A stretch of DNA of 64,000 bases from a virus: IMG/VR virus record IMGVR_UViG_3300025853_009406, positions 1 through 64,000 of that record. One strand, given 5' to 3'. Both the position numbers and the translations under genes were made by a program. The notes under the pieces were generated by a model that worked only from the letters and a program-made list of their open reading frames with translations, did not search any database and was not told the origin of the DNA. Below, piece by piece: positions 1-8,431 of this stretch. Position 1 is the first letter of the stretch. Each line of letters begins with the position of its first letter.

Positions 1-517
1 TAGCATCTTCGCCAGCAATAGTAATGGTGTTATCAGTTACTGTGGTGTCAATACCTTCACCACCAGTAAACGTAAGAGTATCAGTGAGAAGAGAAACTGA
101 GTCATTAGTTCCACTATCTGCACCGACTGTCAGAGATGCAACAGCATCAATGAATGAAAGATTACCTGATCCATCTGTTGCCAGAACCTGAGATGCAGAT
201 CCATCAGTTGCTGGAAGTGTGAGATCCAGATCAGATGCCATTGTAGCAGGAGCAATCAGACGAACTTTGTTAGTTCCGTTATCTGCATCCTCATAAAAAT
301 TAACAGCACCTGGACCAGCAGTCGTTGCTCTAGAAAGGATCTGAAGACTTGCTAAGAATGTTTCAGCATTGGCAATAGATGTTCCAGCACCTGTACCATT
401 GGCACCGCTATCGCCGACATATAGTGATTTATCAGATAAATCTAATACTGGTTCTCCCTCATAAAAAATACTTCCAGGGACTCCTGTACCTCTTTTGAGT
501 TGTAATCTATTTGCCAT
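1..517 (-). CDS. Tail-fibre-like structural protein, N-terminal part (runs off the window start)
   Basis: Manual translation from ATG at 517: MANRLQLKRGTGVPGSIFYEGEPVLDLSDKSLYVGD..., typical fibre N-terminus; late promoter upstream. Confidence 0.7.
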   Translation of the reverse strand, partial: MANRLQLKRGTGVPGSIFYEGEPVLDLSDKSLYVGDSGANGTGAGTSIANAETFLASLQILSRATTAGPGAVNFYEDADNGTNKVRLIAPATMASDLDLTLPATDGSASQVLATDGSGNLSFIDAVASLTVGADSGTNDSVSLLTDTLTFTGGEGIDTTVTDNTITIAGEDA

Positions 518-550
518 GGTAAAATAGTCTCTTATAAATTATGTCTATCT

Positions 551-558
551 TATTTATA
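551..558 (-). promoter_or_regulatory. T4-type late promoter
   Basis: TATAAATA on minus strand 34 nt upstream of ATG at 517. Confidence 0.65.
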
Positions 559-559
559 C

Positions 560-2254
560 CTAGTTATAAGTTCCATAGTCGTCCATATTAGGATCTGGGT
601 TAGCATCCGCATTAATGCCCATCGTAGATGGTGAAATAAATACAAACTTTTCTGAAGATGCATTGTAAGCGATCATGTCTCCATCAGCCAATCCAGTTTC
701 ATCAACATCAAATAGACCCGTCAATTTTCCAGTAAAGTCTCCCGATCCACCAACAACAGTAGTAAACTCAAACTTACGAATAGCATGATTATATTTTAGA
801 TATTTACCATCGTATGCTTCTGGATTAGATGAAATGCCAACAATATCATCCAAATATTTCAGTTGCGTTTCACCGCCACCTCCTAGTGTAGATATTTGTT
901 GTTGAATCCTATTGATAAAAGTTCTGTAATGATCTTGCAGTTGCTTGAATGTTACGAACTCTTGGTTTAATGGAGTTAATGGATCACTATTTTTTGTCTC
1001 AGGAGGTTCAGCAAGCTCTTCATTTAGTGCCTCTTCTTGAGACTTATTAAAGTACTCAAAAATTTCTTCTAAGTTTTTAATCTTTTCATTTAATATTTCA
1101 TTATTTTTTTGATAATCATCTTGAAGTTTTTCAATCTGTTTTCCATCAGTTATTTTAATCAAAGAAACTTTTTTAAATAAATCATTAACATCAGATTGTA
1201 ATGTACGGATTTCATCATCATAGTATTTTACTTCAGGCATAACCTGAGGTTTTGGAATAGACTCTTTGATTTCTTTTAGTTTGAAATCTAAAGATTTTAT
1301 TTCATCGTCATAGTATTTGGGTTCGGGTAAATCTAAAAGAGAAGATTTAAGATGACCAATCTTTTCTAACAACGACTTTATATCAGAATCATAGTACTTT
1401 ACCTGAGGTAAAGTATCAATACTTTTCTTTAGATTTTCTATCTGGTTTTCAATGAGTTCGATCTCACCATCATAGTATCTTACTTCAGGTACTACAGGTA
1501 TAGATTTTTTAACAGAATCAACTTTATCTTCAAGATAGGTTATATCATCATCATAATATTTTATTTCAGGTACTACAGGAATACATTTATTAACTTCTTC
1601 AATCTTTTCTTCAATCTTAGTTAGTTGATAATCATAATACTTTACTTCTGGTAGATTTTCTACTTGACTCCTAACATCTTTTATACTGTTTAATAACTCA
1701 TCAATCTGATCATCATAATATTTTACTTCTGGAACCTCTGGAATAGATTTTTTTACTTCTATAATAATATTTTTAAGTTCTTTTAAATCATTATCATATC
1801 TAATAGGTTCTGGAACTTCTGGGATTTCTTTTCTAATATTTTCAATAGTTTCTTTTAAGTCACAAATATTTGTGTAGATATAAGTTGCATCAAACTTTTC
1901 TTCTTCATCAATTTCTTTTTTAAAGTTATCAATAGTTCTTTTTAAAAACTTTATTTCTTTACCATACTTTTTATCAGAATCAATACGTTCTTTTAAGTAA
2001 TCTACATCACTGAGAAGCAGATTAAACTTTTCATCAAAATCTTCTTCTTGTGTTTCTTCTACATTTACAGTCTCTTGTATATTTTCTTCGACTATATTTT
2101 GTTCGCCAAATAATGTTCTAGGACTTACTATCCTCTTAGACATCTGTTTGTCTCTAAGAGATTGTTCTTCTATTATTTTTTGTCTTTCCAATCTATCTAA
2201 AAGATCCTGCCCTTTTTGTTCGAATAATTCTTTTGGTGACTTCATTTTTCTCAC
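560..2254 (-). CDS. Coiled-coil repeat protein, probably structural
   Basis: 8 copies of a P(E/Q)xxYYD/RYD-led ~27-30 aa repeat; C-terminal LGGGGE..LDD motif seen in cyanophage structural proteins. Confidence 0.6.
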   Translation of the reverse strand: MRKMKSPKELFEQKGQDLLDRLERQKIIEEQSLRDKQMSKRIVSPRTLFGEQNIVEENIQETVNVEETQEEDFDEKFNLLLSDVDYLKERIDSDKKYGKEIKFLKRTIDNFKKEIDEEEKFDATYIYTNICDLKETIENIRKEIPEVPEPIRYDNDLKELKNIIIEVKKSIPEVPEVKYYDDQIDELLNSIKDVRSQVENLPEVKYYDYQLTKIEEKIEEVNKCIPVVPEIKYYDDDITYLEDKVDSVKKSIPVVPEVRYYDGEIELIENQIENLKKSIDTLPQVKYYDSDIKSLLEKIGHLKSSLLDLPEPKYYDDEIKSLDFKLKEIKESIPKPQVMPEVKYYDDEIRTLQSDVNDLFKKVSLIKITDGKQIEKLQDDYQKNNEILNEKIKNLEEIFEYFNKSQEEALNEELAEPPETKNSDPLTPLNQEFVTFKQLQDHYRTFINRIQQQISTLGGGGETQLKYLDDIVGISSNPEAYDGKYLKYNHAIRKFEFTTVVGGSGDFTGKLTGLFDVDETGLADGDMIAYNASSEKFVFISPSTMGINADANPDPNMDDYGTYN

Positions 2255-2264
2255 AGGTTTTTAA

Positions 2265-2507
2265 TCAAAAGGGAATTACACCACCAGTTTTGTTAGGAAC
2301 CTCTGGTATTTCAGGCATTTCTGGGAGTGCTGCATCAATAATACCAGGCAGTGCTTCTGTAATTGCTTTTGTAACTTGCTCTGTTGCTTGCTTACGAATG
2401 TCTTCAATCATTGCATCCTTATTTGCATAAAGATAGTATCCACCACCAACTACTGAGAGTGATACAAGTCCTGAAAGAAGTGCGATTGTGTTAATGACTT
2501 TTTGCAT
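2265..2507 (-). CDS. Small membrane-anchored hypothetical protein
   Basis: 80 aa ORF, N-terminal hydrophobic helix, Pro-rich tail. Confidence 0.7.
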   Translation of the reverse strand: MQKVINTIALLSGLVSLSVVGGGYYLYANKDAMIEDIRKQATEQVTKAITEALPGIIDAALPEMPEIPEVPNKTGGVIPF

Positions 2508-2749
2508 TACTTTTTCCTGTAAAATTTCTTTTCCATTACAGAACGAAAATCATAATATCTTTGTCTACACTTATACCACTTCAGTTCTTTTATAATAGAG
2601 GGAGATTTCCAGATAGTGAGCAATAATCCAGATGTACTTAAAATTAAGATTAAATGTAATGTGCCAAAATCACCTAAACATCCCTCAATAGGACCCATTC
2701 TAACATAACCATTACATTCTTGCTGCTGGATAATATTTTGCCCCATCAT
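2507..2749 (-). CDS. Hypothetical membrane protein
   Basis: 80 aa ORF abutting neighbours, one hydrophobic segment. Confidence 0.5.
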   Translation of the reverse strand: MMGQNIIQQQECNGYVRMGPIEGCLGDFGTLHLILILSTSGLLLTIWKSPSIIKELKWYKCRQRYYDFRSVMEKKFYRKK

Positions 2750-2752
2750 AAT

Positions 2753-2899
2753 TTATTCTACTAAAGTTCCATGCTGTCTGCGAATTTCTCTTAACTGCTC
2801 AAAATCTTTCACCTTTGTACCACCATCGACTACTCTATCTATGCTGATCACTCGGAAGTTGTAACAACTCTTCCGACTCGGTGGTGTCATCACCCCCAT
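2753..2899 (-). pseudogene. Internally deleted SNase/thermonuclease-like endonuclease remnant (48 aa)
   Basis: MGVMTPPSRKSCYNFRVISIDRVVDG fused directly to GTKVKDFEQLREIRRQHGTLVE; these match the N- and C-termini of a common cyanophage nuclease as I recall it, with the core missing. Confidence 0.7.
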
Positions 2900-3035
2900 C
2901 TTCTAACTCCTGATATGCTAATGACATTAATGTATATATGTAATAACCTACTCCAAACAACAATATCAATAATGATATAATAACACTCCAAGTAGGATTA
3001 TTAATATCAGATAGAGGACGAAGTAGTAAGTTCAT
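2835..3035 (-). CDS. Small membrane protein
   Basis: 66 aa, single TM helix (WSVIISLLILLFGVGYYIY). Confidence 0.7.
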   Translation of the reverse strand: MNLLLRPLSDINNPTWSVIISLLILLFGVGYYIYTLMSLAYQELEDGGDDTTESEELLQLPSDQHR

Positions 3036-3037
3036 TT

Positions 3038-3364
3038 TTATTTAGCACTTTCTTCTTCTTTTTTCCTAGAAGTTTCTACTGATTTGTTGTTACCATTACC
3101 ATTACCATTACCATTAGACTTAGATGGAGTCACTCCAAAAGTAGCTAAAGTTCCAGTAAAAACACTAGCGATAAAAGTTGGATCAATTTTTTGCTGTGGT
3201 ATACCTGGAATAGAAACATAGTTAAGTGTTAATATAGCACCAGTCCATCCTAAAACAACAAGTCGCACTAGACTTGATATACCTTCTTCTCTCCAATCAA
3301 AATCATGATCATCTTCACCATCTTTTCTTTTTTTGGGAAGCATGGACTTTAATAGTGATTTCAT
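3038..3364 (-). CDS. Two-TM hypothetical membrane protein
   Basis: 108 aa, two hydrophobic segments, IDPTFIASVF motif, NG repeat. Confidence 0.7.
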   Translation of the reverse strand: MKSLLKSMLPKKRKDGEDDHDFDWREEGISSLVRLVVLGWTGAILTLNYVSIPGIPQQKIDPTFIASVFTGTLATFGVTPSKSNGNGNGNGNNKSVETSRKKEEESAK

Positions 3365-3370
3365 ATCTAT

Positions 3371-4039
3371 TTATTTAATAAAGCCATTCTCTTTTAACCA
3401 CTTATTAGTAAGTGGTGTTGGTTTATAATCAGTCCACATAGTGCCAGCAGCGCATGATTCAAGTGCTTTCATTGTCATGCCTTCGGTTCTACCTGCCCAC
3501 GATGCTTCTGCCTCCCAGGGAACAGAGTGTTTAGGATAAGTTTTCTCTGTCATATTACGCCAAATCTTAGGCACATCCTCTTCTGGTTTGATGATAGCAA
3601 TCATATTATTCTCAATGCTACCTGCCATACAGTCTTGTGCTGCGTGCCATCCTTCATGGCGCATGACTGACATAAGTGTTGATTGTCGATGCATAAAAGC
3701 ATCATTCAGAAAAAAGTTATTAGAAACTGTATGATAAACACCACGATGCCCAACTGGAAAATATTTTTGATCTGCTAAAAAAACCATAACTCCGATCTTA
3801 TCAAGGGATAGAAGCATTTGGTTAATCTCATGCCCAATAGCAGAATAAATAGAATCAGGATAAGCAGATTTAATATCTTCGATACTTCGGATTCGTCTAA
3901 CATTGTCGGTGCATTCTTGTAGTAACATGCAACCCATGGAACCCATAGTATTGAATTCTTTAAACCCATTTTCTTTTGCTAATGCTGCTTGAGATGTTGC
4001 TGCTAATCCCGCTAAAAGAATAGAGAATACTTTATTCAT
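3371..4039 (-). CDS. Signal-peptide protein with HExxH (putative zincin-like metallopeptidase)
   Basis: Signal peptide; MRHEGWHAAQD and downstream WEAEA. Confidence 0.6.
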   Translation of the reverse strand: MNKVFSILLAGLAATSQAALAKENGFKEFNTMGSMGCMLLQECTDNVRRIRSIEDIKSAYPDSIYSAIGHEINQMLLSLDKIGVMVFLADQKYFPVGHRGVYHTVSNNFFLNDAFMHRQSTLMSVMRHEGWHAAQDCMAGSIENNMIAIIKPEEDVPKIWRNMTEKTYPKHSVPWEAEASWAGRTEGMTMKALESCAAGTMWTDYKPTPLTNKWLKENGFIK

Positions 4040-4066
4040 AGTGATAAAATCATTTATTAGTATTTA

Positions 4067-4672
4067 TCACACATAAATCATCTTTTTAGTATAATCGTAG
4101 GCGTATTGCTCACGATACCCTTTAATACCCCATCCTAACCAATAGTAGGCAGGAACCATGTACTGAGAGACAGTTTGCCCACTGCCCTCAAACTCGGGCA
4201 GGTGACGTTGAAAGACTGATTCGTTAATCATATAGCGAGTCTGCCCTTCAAGACTGCTCGGGTCGCAGTCATACTTATTACAGAACTTTCCAAGGTTATT
4301 ATAACGATTTATGCTGGTCCATTGAATCAGTCCGTAACCACCGCTATAACAACGGTCGTAAGGAACTCTAGCCCCTCCCTCGCATATATTGGGAATGAAC
4401 TTGCTTTCCTGTTTAATGTTACCCATGATCGTTGCAAGAGCATTACGATCTGAGATCTTGGTGTGTTCTTGGAGTTGTTCGAGGACATACTGTTCGTTGG
4501 GGGAGCAAGTGGGGCAAGTCCAAGTCTTGTTGTCCACCTCAAGAGCGATTGCCTTGTCTTTGTTGACGCTGACATCAACAGTGGGGGGAGCGTCAATCTG
4601 ACTGATGCTCGGGTAAGCACCAGCAGAACTCGTAAGTCCCAAACTCAAAAATATTAGAACTCGTTTTAACAT
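4067..4672 (-). CDS. Phage tail lysozyme-like muramidase with signal peptide
   Basis: ALATIMGNIKQESKF and GYGLIQWT motifs. Confidence 0.75.
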   Translation of the reverse strand: MLKRVLIFLSLGLTSSAGAYPSISQIDAPPTVDVSVNKDKAIALEVDNKTWTCPTCSPNEQYVLEQLQEHTKISDRNALATIMGNIKQESKFIPNICEGGARVPYDRCYSGGYGLIQWTSINRYNNLGKFCNKYDCDPSSLEGQTRYMINESVFQRHLPEFEGSGQTVSQYMVPAYYWLGWGIKGYREQYAYDYTKKMIYV

Positions 4673-4674
4673 AT

Positions 4675-4703
4675 AAAAAAATAGGAGACCATTGGGTCTC
4701 CTT
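4675..4703 (-). terminator. Intrinsic terminator
   Basis: GGAGACC-CAAT-GGTCTCC stem followed by ATTTTTTT on minus strand. Confidence 0.6.
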
Positions 4704-4728
4704 ATAGTAACGTATTTTATTTAGGTTG

Positions 4729-4854
4729 TCAAGGGGTGTAGACAGAAGCAGGAACCATCATTCCTCCTTGATGATCATCGTCATCGTCAATATCTTCCGA
4801 AAATACAGCATGAATTATAAAAGCACCCAACATAAAGGTTGCTAATAACATCAT
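4729..4854 (-). CDS. Small membrane protein with acidic DDDDD-GGM motif (41 aa)
   Basis: Manual translation MMLLATFMLGAFIIHAVFSEDIDDDDDHQGGMMVPASVYTP; GGAG RBS. Confidence 0.65.
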   Translation of the reverse strand: MMLLATFMLGAFIIHAVFSEDIDDDDDHQGGMMVPASVYTP

Positions 4855-4921
4855 TTTATTTCTCCATATATTACGCAACTACTTTTAATTATTTATAAAA
4901 ATAAGTAGTTGCTTATTAAAT

Positions 4922-5041
4922 CTACCAAATACCAGGAATTAAATCTCCGGTAAGGGTATAAGTTCCGACAGCAATCACGAAACCGAGCATTGCCAGACGG
5001 GAGTTGAGGATCTCTGCCTCAGGGGTGAATCCGAATTTCAT
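4922..5041 (-). CDS. hli: High-light-inducible protein (39 aa)
   Basis: MKFGFTPEAEILNSRLAMLGFVIAVGTYTLTGDLIPGIW: AExxNxRxAMxG and TGxxIPG motifs; not in the ORF track. Confidence 0.92.
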   Translation of the reverse strand: MKFGFTPEAEILNSRLAMLGFVIAVGTYTLTGDLIPGIW

Positions 5042-5187
5042 TGGTTTTTCTCCAGTGTAGTGTTTGTGATGATGATCTTTTGACCATCGTGAGTAAATTG
5101 TAACTCATCGTCAGGATGCCATAGAAGTTCTTCATACATGTCATCCAGCTTTTGCATATCTTCGCGTAGTTGATTGGGGTTAGGCAT
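5038..5187 (-). CDS. Hypothetical protein (49 aa)
   Basis: MPNPNQLREDMQKLDDMYEELLWHPDDELQFTHDG...; ATGA overlap with hli. Confidence 0.65.
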   Translation of the reverse strand: MPNPNQLREDMQKLDDMYEELLWHPDDELQFTHDGQKIIITNTTLEKNQ

Positions 5188-5470
5188 ATTTTTCTACAGC
5201 AGATCTAATGTTTTGCGTGATTCCCATACCCCCAACATATTGTACAAGTTTATTACCTTCACTGTCAGTAATAACTAATACAGGTGTTGCAGTCACACCA
5301 TATTTTTTAACAAGATCTAGATTTTCTTGTGGAATAGGAATATCAGTAAAATCTTCCAAATCAATTTTTTCAATCATACTAGTATCTACTTTAATGTTAT
5401 TAAAGTATTTCTCAACTAAAGCACAAGGTCCGCAAGATTTTTTGGAAAAAAGATAAAACTTGTTCATCAT
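5180..5470 (-). CDS. Glutaredoxin/thioredoxin-fold protein
   Basis: CGPC active site, YGVTATPVLV cis-Pro loop. Confidence 0.85.
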   Translation of the reverse strand: MMNKFYLFSKKSCGPCALVEKYFNNIKVDTSMIEKIDLEDFTDIPIPQENLDLVKKYGVTATPVLVITDSEGNKLVQYVGGMGITQNIRSAVEKYA

Positions 5471-5760
5471 TAAATATTTTCTTCCTGTTCAGTCAGAACG
5501 GTAACATCACTAGTGGGATATGCAACACAGAGAAGTGTAAATCCTTGCTCTAGTTGTTCATCATCAAGAAAAGTTTGGTCACTATTATCTACAGAACCAG
5601 AGATAACTTTACCAGCACAGGCAGAACAAGCACCAGCACGGCAGGAAGAAGGAAGGTCTACACCTGCTTCTTCAGCAGCATCAAGGATGTACTGATCATC
5701 TTCACATTGAATAACACTTTCGGTGCCATCAGGTGTACGAAGAGTAATATTAAAATCCAT
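5470..5760 (-). CDS. petF: Plant-type [2Fe-2S] ferredoxin
   Basis: [27 protein letters not shown]...LLCVAYP. Confidence 0.97.
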   Translation of the reverse strand: MDFNITLRTPDGTESVIQCEDDQYILDAAEEAGVDLPSSCRAGACSACAGKVISGSVDNSDQTFLDDEQLEQGFTLLCVAYPTSDVTVLTEQEENI

Positions 5761-5846
5761 TAGTAAGTTTCGGATAGTTTTTCTACAGAGTATGCCAACA
5801 ATACAAAGAAGGCAATGCTAGTTATTGTAAACAAAATTGAAGTCAT
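5760..5846 (-). CDS. Very small membrane peptide (28 aa)
   Basis: [28 protein letters not shown]; TAATG coupling to petF. Confidence 0.5.
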   Translation of the reverse strand: MTSILFTITSIAFFVLLAYSVEKLSETY

Positions 5847-5855
5847 TGTCAATAT

Positions 5856-6059
5856 TCAAAAGATACCGAAGAAGAACTTACCATTAATGGCATATGCAAC
5901 GAATCCCATAATGAGACCCATCATAGCCCAGCGTCCATTATACATCTCCTTCTGTTGCCAGGGAGAGGAAAGACCCTTCTTATTGTAGTTTTCAACTACC
6001 ATTTGAGGTTCGACAGCCCACATATTTTGTTGACCGTGCTCGTTAGTTGTAACAGTCAT
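5856..6059 (-). CDS. hli: High-light-inducible protein (long type)
   Basis: MTVTTNEHGQQNMWAVEP N-terminus; EMYNGRWAMMG motif. Confidence 0.9.
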   Translation of the reverse strand: MTVTTNEHGQQNMWAVEPQMVVENYNKKGLSSPWQQKEMYNGRWAMMGLIMGFVAYAINGKFFFGIF

Positions 6060-6136
6060 GATACGTTTTGTAATGAATCTTTACATATTATATAGTAAGA
6101 AGGGGGGCGTTGTCAATCCCCCCCGTCTCATTATTA

Positions 6137-6325
6137 TCAGTAATCACTTACATAACTGGCACATATGTCCTTGTTCTTCTTACAGAACTGACGAACATAG
6201 GAGTCAGCATCTTGTTCCATAGTATGGTGAGCATGGTTATGAACGATACCCACCGCAATAAAAAATCCAACCAGTAACAAGTTAATCTGTGTTACTGGAT
6301 GGAAGATTACCTTTAAGTATTTCAT
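6137..6325 (-). CDS. Small membrane protein
   Basis: 62 aa, TM helix, HNHAHH, CxxxxxxC. Confidence 0.65.
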   Translation of the reverse strand: MKYLKVIFHPVTQINLLLVGFFIAVGIVHNHAHHTMEQDADSYVRQFCKKNKDICASYVSDY

Positions 6326-6332
6326 GGTTTAA

Positions 6333-6348
6333 GGGGACCGAAGTCCCC
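6333..6348 (-). terminator. Stable cUUCGg hairpin (terminator or mRNA stabiliser)
   Basis: GGGGAC-TTCG-GTCCCC just after the stop of the upstream gene; U-tract short. Confidence 0.5.
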
Positions 6349-6358
6349 CTAGGAAGGA

Positions 6359-6730
6359 TCAGAAGCTGTACGTCACACCTGCCTTAGCACCGTATCCACG
6401 GTCGATGTCGCTATCGCCGGAACCAACGAACGAGACTTCACCATAGAAACCAAGTTGCTCGGTAGCAGCGAAACCAAGACCTGCCTTACCAGAAGGAACA
6501 GTGTCAGCATCACCACCGTCAGGAGTCACTAGGGTAGCACCACCTTGGACGTAGTAGGAAGTACGCTCGCCAAGAGCACCTTCGTAACCGATGTGGAGAT
6601 CAGTCGCGGCACCATTATAGTCCGAACCGGTCCAACCAGCATTGGTTTCGACGTTTACATAAGGACCAGCGACAGCAGCGCCAGCGAACAGGGGAGCAGC
6701 AGCAAGGGCTGCGAAAGCGGATTTGATCAT
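6359..6730 (-). CDS. Small outer-membrane beta-barrel-like protein with signal peptide
   Basis: Start MIKSAFAALAAAPLF with GAGG RBS; alternating beta pattern; C-terminal GVTYSF (terminal Phe OMP signal). Confidence 0.75.
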   Translation of the reverse strand: MIKSAFAALAAAPLFAGAAVAGPYVNVETNAGWTGSDYNGAATDLHIGYEGALGERTSYYVQGGATLVTPDGGDADTVPSGKAGLGFAATEQLGFYGEVSFVGSGDSDIDRGYGAKAGVTYSF

Positions 6731-6838
6731 GTTTATACCTCTTAGATTTTTGCTTGTGGAATGGTTACCCACAGATGACAAAAGACTCGACGTGCCTTCG
6801 TTTGTTACAGTTCGTGAAGCAAGTGCTCTACGAATGTT

Positions 6839-6872
6839 TATTTATAATACTTGATATTTTGAACCTTGTCAA
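6839..6872 (-). promoter_or_regulatory. Overlapping early (sigma70) and late promoters
   Basis: TTGACA-N17-TATTAT overlapping TATAAATA. Confidence 0.65.
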
Positions 6873-6877
6873 CCCCC

Positions 6878-7297
6878 TTACAGGATCCCAAAAGGAAGGT
6901 TGCTGAGTCCTTTAAGAGCAGATCCACCTGAAGTGGGTGGTCTCATTGGCAAGTTTGCTTTCTCTCTCTTTTCAGCTTTAAGTTCTAGCTCATAGATTCT
7001 TTCTTCCATAACTTCAATAGAAGCATGTAGATTTGTTAGATACTCAATCAAGTCTTCCTTATTTTCTACAACTTGTTTAATATCTTCTCTAAGTTCTTTT
7101 TCCTTTTTCTCAACATCAAGTTGATCTGGATCTAAAGCTCCACTTTTTGCCATGTAGTAGTCGGCAATCTCTTGACTATTATCAAGATCAATACCTTCTA
7201 ACTTGGGCGAAACTTCTTCATTTTCTTGTTCTGGATATTCATCCTCAGCATATTTAATACTGTGGATTACTTCAGTGCGTCTTGGTTCTTCTGTCAT
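6878..7297 (-). CDS. Acidic coiled-coil hypothetical protein
   Basis: 139 aa ORF coupled to pcyA stop. Confidence 0.7.
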   Translation of the reverse strand: MTEEPRRTEVIHSIKYAEDEYPEQENEEVSPKLEGIDLDNSQEIADYYMAKSGALDPDQLDVEKKEKELREDIKQVVENKEDLIEYLTNLHASIEVMEERIYELELKAEKREKANLPMRPPTSGGSALKGLSNLPFGIL

Positions 7298-8001
7298 CAG
7301 ATCTCTGGGTAATCAAACAACATTTCTTTGATGTATTTATCGGCAAACTCTTCACCAAAAATACTCCTCAATACAGCTCTGGTCTTAGTATTTTGCCTCT
7401 GCTTATCACAATAATACTTATGACCTTCGTAGTTTTCTTTAATATTTTCTGAAATAGGTTTAGTATTATATGCAATAGCACAATGATAGTTTAAATATGT
7501 GAATGCAGTATTAATAAACTTCTGATATTCATCCTCGTTTGGACTCACAAAAACGCAGTACTCAGAAAATACATCTCCCCAGTCAGGCATCTTTTTATCT
7601 TTTTCAAACTCTGTATCGAGGATGTTTAAGATTTCATATTGCTGTGGCAAAGACCTGTCTGGTCTAATAGAGCTAATATCTACGATTGCTGCACCAACTG
7701 CTTTTTCTGATGCAACAATATCTGCACCATAAATGGGAATATCATATTGATATCTTGGGTACATATTAGTGTGAAGAATATCAAGACCCGATTTCATTTG
7801 AGCGACTTCCAAATGAATCTTTCTAAACTTTTCAGTCTCCCACACATAGTTTTCAACATAAACTTCTTCTTCGTCACCAGAAGACATCTCAATGAGTTTA
7901 AACTCATCAGCAATCTCTACTTCTTGAAGATCAAAATTCTCTTGCCAACTATCCAGAATAGAATCTGCTAGTCCTTGAATAAGTGGATGTAAGTCTCTCA
8001 T
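7297..8001 (-). CDS. pcyA: Phycocyanobilin:ferredoxin oxidoreductase
   Basis: LHPLI N-terminus, FRKIHLE (Glu76 equiv.), LDILH (His88), GAD (Asp105), WGDVFSEYC, YCDKQRQNTKTRAVL. Confidence 0.88.
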   Translation of the reverse strand: MRDLHPLIQGLADSILDSWQENFDLQEVEIADEFKLIEMSSGDEEEVYVENYVWETEKFRKIHLEVAQMKSGLDILHTNMYPRYQYDIPIYGADIVASEKAVGAAIVDISSIRPDRSLPQQYEILNILDTEFEKDKKMPDWGDVFSEYCVFVSPNEDEYQKFINTAFTYLNYHCAIAYNTKPISENIKENYEGHKYYCDKQRQNTKTRAVLRSIFGEEFADKYIKEMLFDYPEI

Positions 8002-8423
8002 AATAGTCCCATATACTTTTCAGGTGGTGTACTGAGAACATAAAGTTCTCTTACTTTTGGAAGTTCTTCCTTAGTCAAATCAATACCATTGTCCCAAACA
8101 TATCCCATTAAAAACATTTGTTTATTTATCGAATGATCAAACTGTTCTGTGTAGATATTGCCCCACATATAGTCATCATGATAGTCAGTAACCTCTACAT
8201 ATAATGTTCCAACTAAATCATCTTTTATGAAATGACGAAGTTTATTCATAGCATTATATGCATAAAACTTTGTCTCTCGATCAGTAGACTTTGGGTCTGG
8301 AGAATCTATTCCAGACAAATATATAACTTTCTTGAGATAGACTCCCATACCCAAATCTATAACTGCTTCAAATGAAGATCCATCAAATACCTCAAGAACT
8401 CTGCTTATTTGGTATTTGTACAT
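7998..8423 (-). CDS. Divergent SNase-like (thermonuclease-fold) protein
   Basis: VFDGSSFEAVIDLG, LSGIDSP, SINKQM..GY pattern; several canonical residues altered. Confidence 0.6.
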   Translation of the reverse strand: MYKYQISRVLEVFDGSSFEAVIDLGMGVYLKKVIYLSGIDSPDPKSTDRETKFYAYNAMNKLRHFIKDDLVGTLYVEVTDYHDDYMWGNIYTEQFDHSINKQMFLMGYVWDNGIDLTKEELPKVRELYVLSTPPEKYMGLL

Positions 8424-8431
8424 TTAAGTTT

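Noticed and set aside
7297-8001. Calling the bilin reductase pebS
   Set aside because: Motifs (LHPLI, RKIHLE, LDILH, QNTKTR) match PcyA better
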